Assembly: GCA_965140785.1 (NCBI GenBank)
Contig: OZ223475.1
Span: 224,001-288,000 of the forward strand
DNA length: 64,000 nt
Direction: 5' to 3'
DNA from: an uncultured Ruficoccus sp.
GTDB lineage: Bacteria; Verrucomicrobiota; Verrucomicrobiia; Opitutales; Cerasicoccaceae
Shown: piece after piece, positions 50,616 to 59,924 of the stretch
Layout: every line of letters begins with the position of its first letter
How positions within the stretch are numbered: the first letter of the stretch is position 1
The notes under the pieces: generated by a model
The model's database searches: none
Told to the model about the DNA's origin: nothing
The model's input: only the letters and a program-made list of their open reading frames with translations
Translations under genes and position numbers: made by a program

Positions 50616-50823
50616 CTAGTGTCCCGAGTTTGACGTTCGCGGCCTATTGATTGCGGGCTTACGCAGCCCGTGCCCGCGGCAGGCATAGCCTGCACTTCCG
50701 ATGCTTACAGCATCGTCTCTGCGATTGCGAGGGTAGCGTATCGCTGCCCTCGCCAATCGCAGAACCAAAGCATCAAAACTGGACCACCCAATTATGCCGA
50801 AAACTTACCACTCGCGACACTAG
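50616..50823. mobile_element. 208-bp MITE-like element with terminal inverted repeats and four internal hairpins
   Basis: CTAGTGTCCCGAGT ... ACTCGCGACACTAG (13/14 inverted match); no coding capacity. Confidence 0.7.
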
Positions 50824-50837
50824 CGCGGTTTTTCCGG

Positions 50838-52523
50838 TTAATCGAAGTTCTCCTTCGTATCACGCAGCCGGTACTGCAAGGGAGTCAGATGGTAGGCCTT
50901 GCGGAAAGCCTGAATAAAAGTGCTGGTATGCGCATAGAGAGCCCGCTTCCCAATTTCCTCGACGGAGAGCCGGGTGTTGCGAAGTTCATGGGCGGCGTGG
51001 GCTAGTCTGGATTGGCGCAAGAAGGTGCCAGGCAGGGGAGTTTCCGCCCATTGAGCTTTCAGCTTTCGGCTGAGATAAGAGCGGGAATAACCGACTTCAC
51101 GCGCATAAGCCGTGACAGACTTTATACGGCGAAAAAACGAACGCCCGAGAAACTGCCCCAGGTCCGGAGAGGGGAGCGGATGGATTTGTCCATCCTCCAG
51201 AAGCTTACGCCAGCTCAAAAACCATTCGAAGGCGGCCTCCGAACCCTCCAGGGAGAAGCGGCTGCGGCGGGGGTGCCAAAACCGGACCCATTTACGGGCT
51301 AGTGCCACCGGCCTGGAATGTGTCGGAATCGAAACCATCCAGCCGTGTTCTGAGACGAAAGCCGCGAGGGTATCCATAGCCCAACTGCCGCGGAGTTTTA
51401 ACCAGACCCTTCGCCATTGGCCTTGCTTGGGGGTCACCCATTGGGCATTGATCGGTTGGGGATAAATCAGGACAGTGCCCGGTGTCAGTTTCAGTTGCTG
51501 GTTGCCCACTTCGAATATAGCGCTACCCTTCAGGGTGTAGACCCACTGCAGCGCGTCGGAGACCGTGTTGATCATCAGCTTGAAAGGTGTCTCGAAGAGG
51601 CTGGCAGTTTCACCTCCGTCGAAGTGGTAATACGGTGCGTTCGGGATAATCGCCGTTCGTTCTCCAATACCGACCTCATCGGAAGAGACCGGCAAACGTG
51701 GCTTGGCCGTCGCCGGGCGGTTGGCGTCCAGGGCAGAAAGGGTGGGGGAAGCAGGCAAACTCTGCAGCCGGCTGGGAGACTCTCCAAAGCGCTTTTTAAA
51801 GGCGGCGCTGAATGCCGAGGCTGAAGCATAACCGCACTGGGGGGCTATGTCGCGCAGCAGCAGCCGGTTGGTCCGCATCAGCCTGAGCGCATTCACCCAG
51901 CGGGCCTCCTGGAGCAACGCGGCGGCTGGCATACCCCAAGTATGGCGAAGGCCTCCGGCCAGGTGAGACGGGCTGCAATTAAAATGGACGGCCAAAGCTG
52001 TCAGGGAAAACCCGTGTTCGGAAGCCACGGCAATCAACGTGTCGGCCGGGGCTGTCAGAAAGTCGGCCAGTTTACTCCGGTGTGCTTCACCACTGCGATG
52101 GCTGGTCGTAAACCAACGGAACACGGCTCGCTCCACCTGTTCGGGAGCGGCATTCGATGCGTGGGTGAACGTCCTGAGCAGGGCAGTCATGCGCCGCGGA
52201 CGGGTGCTTGGAATGTATGGGCCGAACCGCTCGATCAAGAAGCTTACGTATTCATGCGCGCGTTTTCCGGTAAAACGCAACTCCAGTAATTCCCAGTCGC
52301 TGGCGGCGTCCAGCCCGGACGCCTCGACTGTCTCTGTGCCATTGAGGTAAAAGACCGTGCCGGGCTTGAGCAAGAACCGGCGACTGAAAAGAGTGATTCG
52401 AAGGGTGCCTTGAGTGCTGACCAGACTACGGGGGGCCTTGTCCTGGAGATTCAGGGAAAAGGGCTTCTGACGGCGTTTTACGTCGGCCAACCCGAACAGC
52501 GCCATTGCGTTATGTGAACTCAT
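50838..52523 (-). CDS. Tandem double-AraC transcriptional regulator
   Basis: Two AraC signatures: IAPQCGYASASAFSAAFKKRFGESP and IGKRALYAHTSTFIQAFRKAYHLTPLQYR, each preceded by a cupin-like region. Confidence 0.8.
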   Translation of the reverse strand: MSSHNAMALFGLADVKRRQKPFSLNLQDKAPRSLVSTQGTLRITLFSRRFLLKPGTVFYLNGTETVEASGLDAASDWELLELRFTGKRAHEYVSFLIERFGPYIPSTRPRRMTALLRTFTHASNAAPEQVERAVFRWFTTSHRSGEAHRSKLADFLTAPADTLIAVASEHGFSLTALAVHFNCSPSHLAGGLRHTWGMPAAALLQEARWVNALRLMRTNRLLLRDIAPQCGYASASAFSAAFKKRFGESPSRLQSLPASPTLSALDANRPATAKPRLPVSSDEVGIGERTAIIPNAPYYHFDGGETASLFETPFKLMINTVSDALQWVYTLKGSAIFEVGNQQLKLTPGTVLIYPQPINAQWVTPKQGQWRRVWLKLRGSWAMDTLAAFVSEHGWMVSIPTHSRPVALARKWVRFWHPRRSRFSLEGSEAAFEWFLSWRKLLEDGQIHPLPSPDLGQFLGRSFFRRIKSVTAYAREVGYSRSYLSRKLKAQWAETPLPGTFLRQSRLAHAAHELRNTRLSVEEIGKRALYAHTSTFIQAFRKAYHLTPLQYRLRDTKENFD

Positions 52524-52659
52524 GTCCTCGGTCGAAATTATTGCGACCCTTTTGAAATAACCCTTCAACTTGCAAATGCGAATCCAAAAGTAACACTTTC
52601 CTAACTTTTGAAGGAGTTCGATGTTGAGTGTAGTATGCCGACAAGCTATAATCAAGCCC

Positions 52660-54609
52660 ATGAAAGTACCCTATTACCTCCTGATTGCACTTCTGTTATC
52701 CTTGTTCCTCCCGATGGGTTCCCCGCTCCATGCACAGTCTGTATTCGACATATCCGGTAGCGGCGGAAAATTTGATGTGTCTGGCAGTTGGATTGTTATT
52801 TCCGGCACGGACACGGTTCCGGACGCGACAAGTGACGTCACGATCATGGGGACCGATGGCGTGACAGCTGACGCCTCCATTACGGTCAATGACTACACGA
52901 GTGATTCGCTCGCCAATCTCGTTTACGGAACGGCTTCTGCTGGCACCGATATTGACCGCACGATTATTTTTCGTGGAACCGCCAGCGCAGATCGTTTGCT
53001 GGCCATCGGCGGAGACGTGACAAAGTATGACAGCGGCCTGCTGGTCTTCCGCAACAACGTCAGTACTAATACCTCTTTGCTCAACGTCACTGTCGCCGGT
53101 AACGTTACCGTGCATGATGGCGAGCTTGCCTTCGGGAGTAACAATCACGGTTTAAATTCAATTGCGGTCAGTGGTACGACCACGCTTCATGGCGGCGAGT
53201 TGAGCCTGTGTCTGAATACCGACGCGAATCTGGGTGCGCTGGTGGTGAACGGCGGCGCTTTGAATCTGAACTACGCGGAGTTGTCTGGCGGTAACAAGAA
53301 CCGGACCATCAACGTGAGAAACCTCAACGGTACCGGTGGTACCATCACGGAGGATAGCACCGGGACAGCTGCGGTTTACACCCTGGCGATCACCGGTGAC
53401 GATGCGGCGGATTACTCGGGTACGATCACCAACGGAACCGGCACCGGGACGGTCGCTTTGCTCAAGTCCGGCAGCGGGCAGCAGGTGCTCTCTGGTGAAA
53501 ACACTTATGCCGGAGGCACCACTGTGACGTCGGGCTCCTTGCTGGTGAGTAACACCAGTGGCAGCGGTGTCGGCACTGGCGCGGTGCTGGTGCAAGATGG
53601 CGGCACCTTCGGCGGGAGTGGCAGGGTCCGCCTTGGTGAGGCCAACAGCATAACGGTCGAGGCCGGGGGATGGATCGCAGCCGGTGGAGAGGGCTCGCCG
53701 CTGGTGCTGGATGGAGGCGATTCGACCGAAAGCATTCTGATCATGGAGGAAAATGCCGGGTTTACTTTTGACCTCAGCGGTGAAGCTCCCCTGGTCGAGT
53801 TTTGGAACTATGAGGACAACACGGATTTTGTGCTGAATGACAATGTCATCGACTTTATCAACGCCGAGGAGGGTGTGTATACGCTTTTCGCCTTCTACTC
53901 TGATGACGGTTCGACCCTTGCCGAGAGCAACGTTGCCTCGGGCCTCGTTCTGGGGTCAGGACTGGAAGGCTATGATGTCGATCTTGTATACGGCGAGAAT
54001 ACCATAACGTTGACATTGGCCGCTGTCCCTGAGCCTGGGGCGTTCGCGATGCTTCTCGGGGCCGGAACCATGGGCGCAACCTTGGTCTGGAGGCGCAGAA
54101 GGAAGCAAACGGCGGTAACAAAGACGGCGTTCTTGCGGAAAGTCTTACCAGTTATGGTGCTGATCCTGGGAATCCCCCTGACCGGCAAGGCGGACCCCAC
54201 AATCGGGAATGCGAGTTTTGAAAACGGCTTGGAGGGGTGGAATCCCAAGGGCCAGACCGTGGAGGTTCATTCCGGCGACGCCGCCGACGGTGAAAAAACG
54301 GCCTACCTTAATTTCACGGGCAAGAACAGCCTCGTGAAGATGCTAACAAAAATCGACGGACTGGAAGAGGGCAAAACCTACAAACTGAGCTTCCAGTCGC
54401 GGGGGGCAACAGCCGAAGACCTTCGGGTGGTTCTGCGCAATCTCGAGACCAACAAATACATTACCTCCCGCAAGGCCGTCACGGGTCCGGCGTGGGAGGA
54501 AACGACGATGGAGTTCAAGGCACCCGCGGCTCAAGTGGGGCTGGAGATCAGAATAGCATCACCCGGGGTGTGCGAATTCGACCACTTCCAAATCAGCCCG
54601 GCCAATTAA
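52660..54609 (+). CDS. Autotransporter-associated beta-strand repeat protein with an internal PEP-CTERM and C-terminal CBM4/9-like domain
   Basis: LLKSGSGQQVLSGENTYAGGTTVTSGSL; VPEPGAFAMLLGAGTMGATLVWRRRRK at 54025-54105; then NASFENGLEGW...GKTYKLSF...FDHFQI. Confidence 0.85.
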   Translation: MKVPYYLLIALLLSLFLPMGSPLHAQSVFDISGSGGKFDVSGSWIVISGTDTVPDATSDVTIMGTDGVTADASITVNDYTSDSLANLVYGTASAGTDIDRTIIFRGTASADRLLAIGGDVTKYDSGLLVFRNNVSTNTSLLNVTVAGNVTVHDGELAFGSNNHGLNSIAVSGTTTLHGGELSLCLNTDANLGALVVNGGALNLNYAELSGGNKNRTINVRNLNGTGGTITEDSTGTAAVYTLAITGDDAADYSGTITNGTGTGTVALLKSGSGQQVLSGENTYAGGTTVTSGSLLVSNTSGSGVGTGAVLVQDGGTFGGSGRVRLGEANSITVEAGGWIAAGGEGSPLVLDGGDSTESILIMEENAGFTFDLSGEAPLVEFWNYEDNTDFVLNDNVIDFINAEEGVYTLFAFYSDDGSTLAESNVASGLVLGSGLEGYDVDLVYGENTITLTLAAVPEPGAFAMLLGAGTMGATLVWRRRRKQTAVTKTAFLRKVLPVMVLILGIPLTGKADPTIGNASFENGLEGWNPKGQTVEVHSGDAADGEKTAYLNFTGKNSLVKMLTKIDGLEEGKTYKLSFQSRGATAEDLRVVLRNLETNKYITSRKAVTGPAWEETTMEFKAPAAQVGLEIRIASPGVCEFDHFQISPAN

Positions 54610-54627
54610 CGTCGATCTTTAACAGCG

Positions 54628-55269
54628 ATGACTTACCCCCCTACGTGCCGCCGGCGAATCGCCTGGATGGGTTTTTCGTTAGTGGAATTGCTCGTTGTCC
54701 TCGCTGTGCTCGGCGTTGTGGCGTCCCTGTTTTTTCCCGCCCTCAGAAAAGTCCATGCCCGGGCCAATCAGTCTGCCTGTGCGGCGAATCTGCGCCAGAT
54801 CGGGACGGCTGTGCTCCTCTATGCCGGGGATAACCATGGCCAACTGCCCGGGCCCCTTTACAACGGTCAGGGCAAGAGCGGAGGCGGACAACTGGTAACC
54901 TTTCTGGAGCCTTATCTGAATGTCGCACCGGGTGACGAAGCAGGGGACTTGTTCGAGTGCCCAGCCTGGGTCGAGGCCGCCGAAGGTCGTGAGGAACTCC
55001 GGCGTCCTTACTACATGCTGCCCATCATATGGACGGATGGCTCCCTTATCCGACCTTTTGGTTATCCCTCACAAAATGACCCGCTTCGTCTCCAGCAAAT
55101 CCCCGACCTTTCCGCGGTGCAGGCGATCATTGATTTTGACCGGGGCGTCAGTAGCTCGAGTTCGGCGATTGAGGAACCGGTCCACGATTCAAGCCGCAAC
55201 GTTCTCTTTTTCGATGGCCACGTCGATACCATTCCCGTGTCGGAATGGACGTTTCCCAGACCCAGATAA
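54628..55269 (+). CDS. Prepilin-type N-terminal cleavage/methylation protein with H-X9-DG motif
   Basis: GFSLVELLVVLAVLGVV; CAANLRQIG; HDSSRNVLFFDGHV. Confidence 0.92.
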   Translation: MTYPPTCRRRIAWMGFSLVELLVVLAVLGVVASLFFPALRKVHARANQSACAANLRQIGTAVLLYAGDNHGQLPGPLYNGQGKSGGGQLVTFLEPYLNVAPGDEAGDLFECPAWVEAAEGREELRRPYYMLPIIWTDGSLIRPFGYPSQNDPLRLQQIPDLSAVQAIIDFDRGVSSSSSAIEEPVHDSSRNVLFFDGHVDTIPVSEWTFPRPR

Positions 55270-55467
55270 ATAGCGAGCGCATGTCACCGACTCCGTACCT
55301 TCTGCTGCCACTTGGGCATGTTTTCAACCGACCTGCGTTCAAGCTCCGGCGCCTCTCCATCTCTCCTTTGGGGAAGGGGATACTACCTCGTTTAATGGAT
55401 GTCTAGCTAACATCCGTTTCTTATCTTTTCAGGGATCCTTTCCTTTCACATTACCGATATATTTTTG

Positions 55468-57216
55468 ATGACTAAGCATTGTTTTGTTTTTTGCGTCCTG
55501 CTGTTCAGCTTGCAAGTTCCCGAGCTTGCGGCGACGGTATACTCGGTGGCTCCCGGACCGGCGGAGGCGATTTCCGAGGCCTTCGCCAAGGCTAAGCCCG
55601 GTGACACCATCCAGCTTTTGCCGGGCGTCTATACCGGCACGGTAGAGGTGAGCGTATCCGGTGCGCCTGATCAGCCCATTATACTCTCGGGGCTGGACTG
55701 GGGGGAGGAGGAGAAAGCGGTCATTGACGCCGGGGGCGGCCCCGCCCGGAAGGCGGACTACCCGGCCATCCGTTTTCGAGATGCCCACTGGATTACCGTT
55801 CAGGATATCGAAGTCGTCAATGCCTGGTCCGACGTTTTCCAGATTAAGGATTCCAGCTATATATCGATCCGTGGCTGCGATGTCGCGGGCGGAACGACGG
55901 TGGTCGCCGCGCACGGCACCGGTTCCCACCATATTCTGGCCGAAGATTGTACATGGGAGCAGGAGAAAGGCGCGTATCTGGATTTGGATTGGGCCGAGAT
56001 GCACCATGGCGATCTCGTCTACCTGAATGGTGGCTTTTACGGGGGCACGGACAGTGCAGGCGGTGCTGTCATCCGCTACAATGACATCGGATACGCCTTC
56101 AACGGCCTGCGCTGGTGGCTGAACGACGCGGCGACCCAGGCCCGGCAGGCGCAGAGCAATATTGAAATTTATGATAATTATTTTCATCACGTGCGCGACA
56201 ACATGATCGAACCCGAGCGGTTCACCTGGAACCTGCATGTTTACCACAACCGACTTAACTCATGTGCCAAGGGCGCGGTTTCCATCGACGGGGTTACCGG
56301 AGGCGAGATATTCTTCTACGGCAACACAGGGCTTTGGGCGCGGGATGGGGCTGATGATTATCGTCCCTGGACGGTCTATAAATTCAACGATTATGAGCGG
56401 AAACCCCATTTGGACTACCCGTTCTACATCTTCAATAATAGCTGGTCCTATGCGACGGCGTTTGTCCGGGGCTCCAAGATGCGCAAGGCCAACGATCATC
56501 TCCGGCACTTTAACAATGCCTATGTCTTTGTGGAGGAAGGCTATCACTTCGGCCTGGTGGATTGGGCCGGGCAGGACTGCCAGTTCGATTACGACATGGC
56601 CGCCGCGCCCTGGGATCAAGATGTAGTGGACGCCGGATACGAAGAGCACGGGTTTCCCGATACCAACCCGGGTTTTCAGTCGGTGGAGGCGGACGACTTC
56701 CGCCTGGCAGCCGAGAGCCCGGCCCGCGATAAGGGTACGGTGATCGACGACTTCCACCTGTGGTATCTGGGAGACGGCCCGGACATCGGCGCCTATGAGG
56801 GGGAGCAGCGGGTCTACGGATTACCCTTCGTCTATCGTGAACCGCCCGGAGGCGGGCTCTATCAGGAAATGCCACGCATCGTTCGTGTATTCGAGTATGG
56901 TAATAAACTGGTCGCCTTTTTTTCCTCCCCCCTCGACCCAGAAACGTTGACACCGGAGCGTATCCTGCTCAAGGCCGGTGATGAGGCGCTCACGATCCTT
57001 TCGGCAGAAATTCCCGCCGAAGATTATCCACAGGCAGTGGTGCTGACATTGGACGAGATACCGGCAGCGCGCGAAGTCGAGTTTCAATTCGATCCGGCGC
57101 TGCTTGGCGCCAACGGCCAGCCGGTCACGACATGGGCGGGCGATACCCGCCTGGTGCAGATTCCTCCGGAGGCCACGCTTGTCGGTCCTATGAAGGCGAT
57201 ACTGGAGCAAAACTGA
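55468..57216 (+). CDS. Secreted right-handed beta-helix protein, putative polysaccharide lyase/hydrolase
   Basis: AKPGDTIQLLPGVY; IYDNYFHHVRDNMIEPE; DFRLAAESPARDKG..PDIGAYE. Confidence 0.8.
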   Translation: MTKHCFVFCVLLFSLQVPELAATVYSVAPGPAEAISEAFAKAKPGDTIQLLPGVYTGTVEVSVSGAPDQPIILSGLDWGEEEKAVIDAGGGPARKADYPAIRFRDAHWITVQDIEVVNAWSDVFQIKDSSYISIRGCDVAGGTTVVAAHGTGSHHILAEDCTWEQEKGAYLDLDWAEMHHGDLVYLNGGFYGGTDSAGGAVIRYNDIGYAFNGLRWWLNDAATQARQAQSNIEIYDNYFHHVRDNMIEPERFTWNLHVYHNRLNSCAKGAVSIDGVTGGEIFFYGNTGLWARDGADDYRPWTVYKFNDYERKPHLDYPFYIFNNSWSYATAFVRGSKMRKANDHLRHFNNAYVFVEEGYHFGLVDWAGQDCQFDYDMAAAPWDQDVVDAGYEEHGFPDTNPGFQSVEADDFRLAAESPARDKGTVIDDFHLWYLGDGPDIGAYEGEQRVYGLPFVYREPPGGGLYQEMPRIVRVFEYGNKLVAFFSSPLDPETLTPERILLKAGDEALTILSAEIPAEDYPQAVVLTLDEIPAAREVEFQFDPALLGANGQPVTTWAGDTRLVQIPPEATLVGPMKAILEQN

Positions 57217-57223
57217 CTCTACG

Positions 57224-58561
57224 ATGATTATGGAAACACCAACGAACAGGCAGAAATCGCATACGATGACATCTCCCTCTGTGGACGAACCCGAGCGCCG
57301 GACCCCGGTGGTCGGAGAGTATGATGTGATCGTGGCCGGAGGAGGTCCGGCTGGCTTGGCAGCGGCTGTGGCAGCTGCGCGGCTTGGGGCAAAAACGAAG
57401 TTGATTGAACAGGCTGGATGCCTGGGGGGAGTCTGGACCTCTGGCCTGTTGAGCTGGGTGCTGGACTCCGAGAACAAGACCGGCCTGATGGCGCAGATCC
57501 GTCGCACACTCAGCGATCATGGGCAGGCGCGATTCAAGAACCGCGGATTTACCTATGATCCGGAGCACATGAAAGCTTTCGTAGAGGCGCTTTGCCTGAG
57601 CACCGGCGTTGATATCCGATTGCATACGCAGATCTGCGACGTGATCAGCAACGACCAAGGCGCTCTGGATGCCGTGATTACGGAATCGAAGTCCGGTCGC
57701 GAAGCCTGGCGGGCGCAGGTTTTCATCGACGCCACGGGCGACGGTGATCTCGGCGCACGGGCAGGCTGCTCTTTTGAGGTGGGGCGGCCGGGAACCGGCG
57801 AAGTCCAGCCGATGACCTTGGTGGCGCTTGTTTGCGGTGTGCCGCCCGAAGCGATCCGTCCTTTTATCGGAGGGGGGAGCAAGCCCGCCAAAGCGGCGCT
57901 GTTCGAGGAATTTCGTCGGGCGGGGATCACGCCCAGCTATGCTTCGCCTACCTTGTTTTATATCCGGGACGATCTGTATGCGCTTTCCGCCAACCACGAG
58001 TATGGCGTCCAAGCCATGGATGCGGACGGGATTACCCGAGCCACCCTGCACGCCCGTGAAGAGCTTAACCAACTGGTGGCAGCCTTGCAGAAATTGGGTG
58101 GTCCGTGGACCGGCCTGCGCCTGCTGGCCACCGCCCCGCAAATCGGCGTGCGGGAAGGCAGACGTCTCAAGGGCCTCTATACGATTACCGGCGATGACAT
58201 CGTGGCGGGGCAACGTCATGATGACGCGATCTGCGAGTGTGGTTTTGGCATCGATGTGCACTCCACCAATCCATCAACCTCGGCTGATTACAGCACCGAG
58301 AACAAAACGCCGGCGAAGCCCTATGACATTCCCTTGCGCGCTCTGATTGCCGCCGATGTGGATCGGTTGTTGCTGGCGGGGAGGTGCATCAGCGGGGATT
58401 TTCTCGCCCATGCCAGCTACCGGGTAACAGGCAATGCCATTGCCATGGGAGAGGCGGCCGGTGTTCTCGCCGCTGTTGCTACCCGCCGGGGAACCTCCCC
58501 GCGAGAGGTACCATGGAAGGAGTTCATGGGGGCTCGCGACGAGCTTTTAACCACGGCCTGA
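57224..58561 (+). CDS. FAD-dependent oxidoreductase
   Basis: DVIVAGGGPAG, FIDATGDGD, GVREGRR, YDIPLRAL, LLAGRCIS. Confidence 0.9.
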   Translation: MIMETPTNRQKSHTMTSPSVDEPERRTPVVGEYDVIVAGGGPAGLAAAVAAARLGAKTKLIEQAGCLGGVWTSGLLSWVLDSENKTGLMAQIRRTLSDHGQARFKNRGFTYDPEHMKAFVEALCLSTGVDIRLHTQICDVISNDQGALDAVITESKSGREAWRAQVFIDATGDGDLGARAGCSFEVGRPGTGEVQPMTLVALVCGVPPEAIRPFIGGGSKPAKAALFEEFRRAGITPSYASPTLFYIRDDLYALSANHEYGVQAMDADGITRATLHAREELNQLVAALQKLGGPWTGLRLLATAPQIGVREGRRLKGLYTITGDDIVAGQRHDDAICECGFGIDVHSTNPSTSADYSTENKTPAKPYDIPLRALIAADVDRLLLAGRCISGDFLAHASYRVTGNAIAMGEAAGVLAAVATRRGTSPREVPWKEFMGARDELLTTA

Positions 58562-58605
58562 GTATCAACGGCAGGCTTGTCATTTTTACCCGTATCAAAT
58601 AATCG

Positions 58606-59853
58606 ATGAAATCTCCACAGAGGGTTGCCGTCGCCGGAATCGGCGGATTCAGCACCAGTCACCATCACGCACTGCGCGAATTGGAGGCCGAGGGTGTCGT
58701 TCAGGTCGTAGCGGCCTGCGACCCCCGCCATCACCAGCTCGAGGATCGCAAGGCACTTCTGGATTTTTCCGGACGAAACGTAGCCGTTTTTGAAGATTTT
58801 CACGAAATGCTGGACAGCGGCGCTTACGATTGGATCTCATTGGCAACGCCCATCTCCCTGCACGCTTCCATGCATGCTTCCTGTGTCGAACGCCAGCTGC
58901 CATGCTACCTGGAGAAACCGCCTACGCTCGACCCCTGTGAATTGGAAAAGATGATAGCCACGGACGCGGGGGCCAGCCGGCAAACTCAGGTCGGGTTCAA
59001 CTATGTGTATGAGCCCGAGCGCTTACAGCTTAAGAAGCGCTTGCTCGCCGGCGAATTCGGAGCGCTGCGCGAGATCAGTTTCCGGGGCGCGTGGCGGCGT
59101 GCTCAGGCCTACTACCGGCGCAACGACTGGGCGGGCCGTCTGCAACACCGTGACACGCTGCTGCTGGATTCCTGCATGGGCAACGCCATGTCGCACTACG
59201 TCCATAACATTCTGTTCATGGCGGGTGTATCGCGCATGGACTCCTGGGGCCACTGTCGTCGGGTTGAGGCGCAGCTTTTTCGTGCCAATCCGATCGAAAG
59301 TGCGGACACGGTCTTTGTGAGAGGCGAATTGGACGATTCCATCAAAATCCGCCTCGCCCTGACACACGCGTGTGAAGCCGAAAAGGTGATGGTGGAAAGT
59401 CTCGTCTGTGATGATGCGCTCATCCAGTTAATTCCACAGAAGCGGATCGACATAAAATTCTCAAATGGGATTCATGAAACGATTCAGGTTGCACCTCGCA
59501 ATTACCTGAAGGAGAACTTTCGTTTGTTCGGTCAATACGTGGCAGGAAGCACGGAGGGCTTGCTCGGCACACTGGCGCATTGTCGCCCCTTCGTACAGCT
59601 CAATGCCCTGGCTTTCCTTTCAACCGGGAGCATACACGAGGTGATGCAGCCGGTTAGCGAATTCATCGCGCCGGGTAGCTACTGGCGAATCCCGGGGATC
59701 GAAGCTCTTCTGGAAGAGTTTGTGAAGACCGGAGACTTTTCGATACTACATTCTTTGGGGAACCCCTGCGTATCATCCCGCCCAGTGTCTCCGACGGAGC
59801 TGGTTCAGCTTCGAGAGGCAATCTCTGGGATTTCGCAATTGGTGGCCGACTGA
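58606..59853 (+). CDS. Gfo/Idh/MocA family oxidoreductase
   Basis: VAGIGGF, YLEKPP, YYRRNDWAG, NAMSHY, FRANPIESADT. Confidence 0.88.
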   Translation: MKSPQRVAVAGIGGFSTSHHHALRELEAEGVVQVVAACDPRHHQLEDRKALLDFSGRNVAVFEDFHEMLDSGAYDWISLATPISLHASMHASCVERQLPCYLEKPPTLDPCELEKMIATDAGASRQTQVGFNYVYEPERLQLKKRLLAGEFGALREISFRGAWRRAQAYYRRNDWAGRLQHRDTLLLDSCMGNAMSHYVHNILFMAGVSRMDSWGHCRRVEAQLFRANPIESADTVFVRGELDDSIKIRLALTHACEAEKVMVESLVCDDALIQLIPQKRIDIKFSNGIHETIQVAPRNYLKENFRLFGQYVAGSTEGLLGTLAHCRPFVQLNALAFLSTGSIHEVMQPVSEFIAPGSYWRIPGIEALLEEFVKTGDFSILHSLGNPCVSSRPVSPTELVQLREAISGISQLVAD

Positions 59854-59924
59854 CAACGATTCTAGTCCTGGTCTCCTTCCCATAACGGTGAGGGATTCTC
59901 CGATTACATGAACCACAGAGCACA

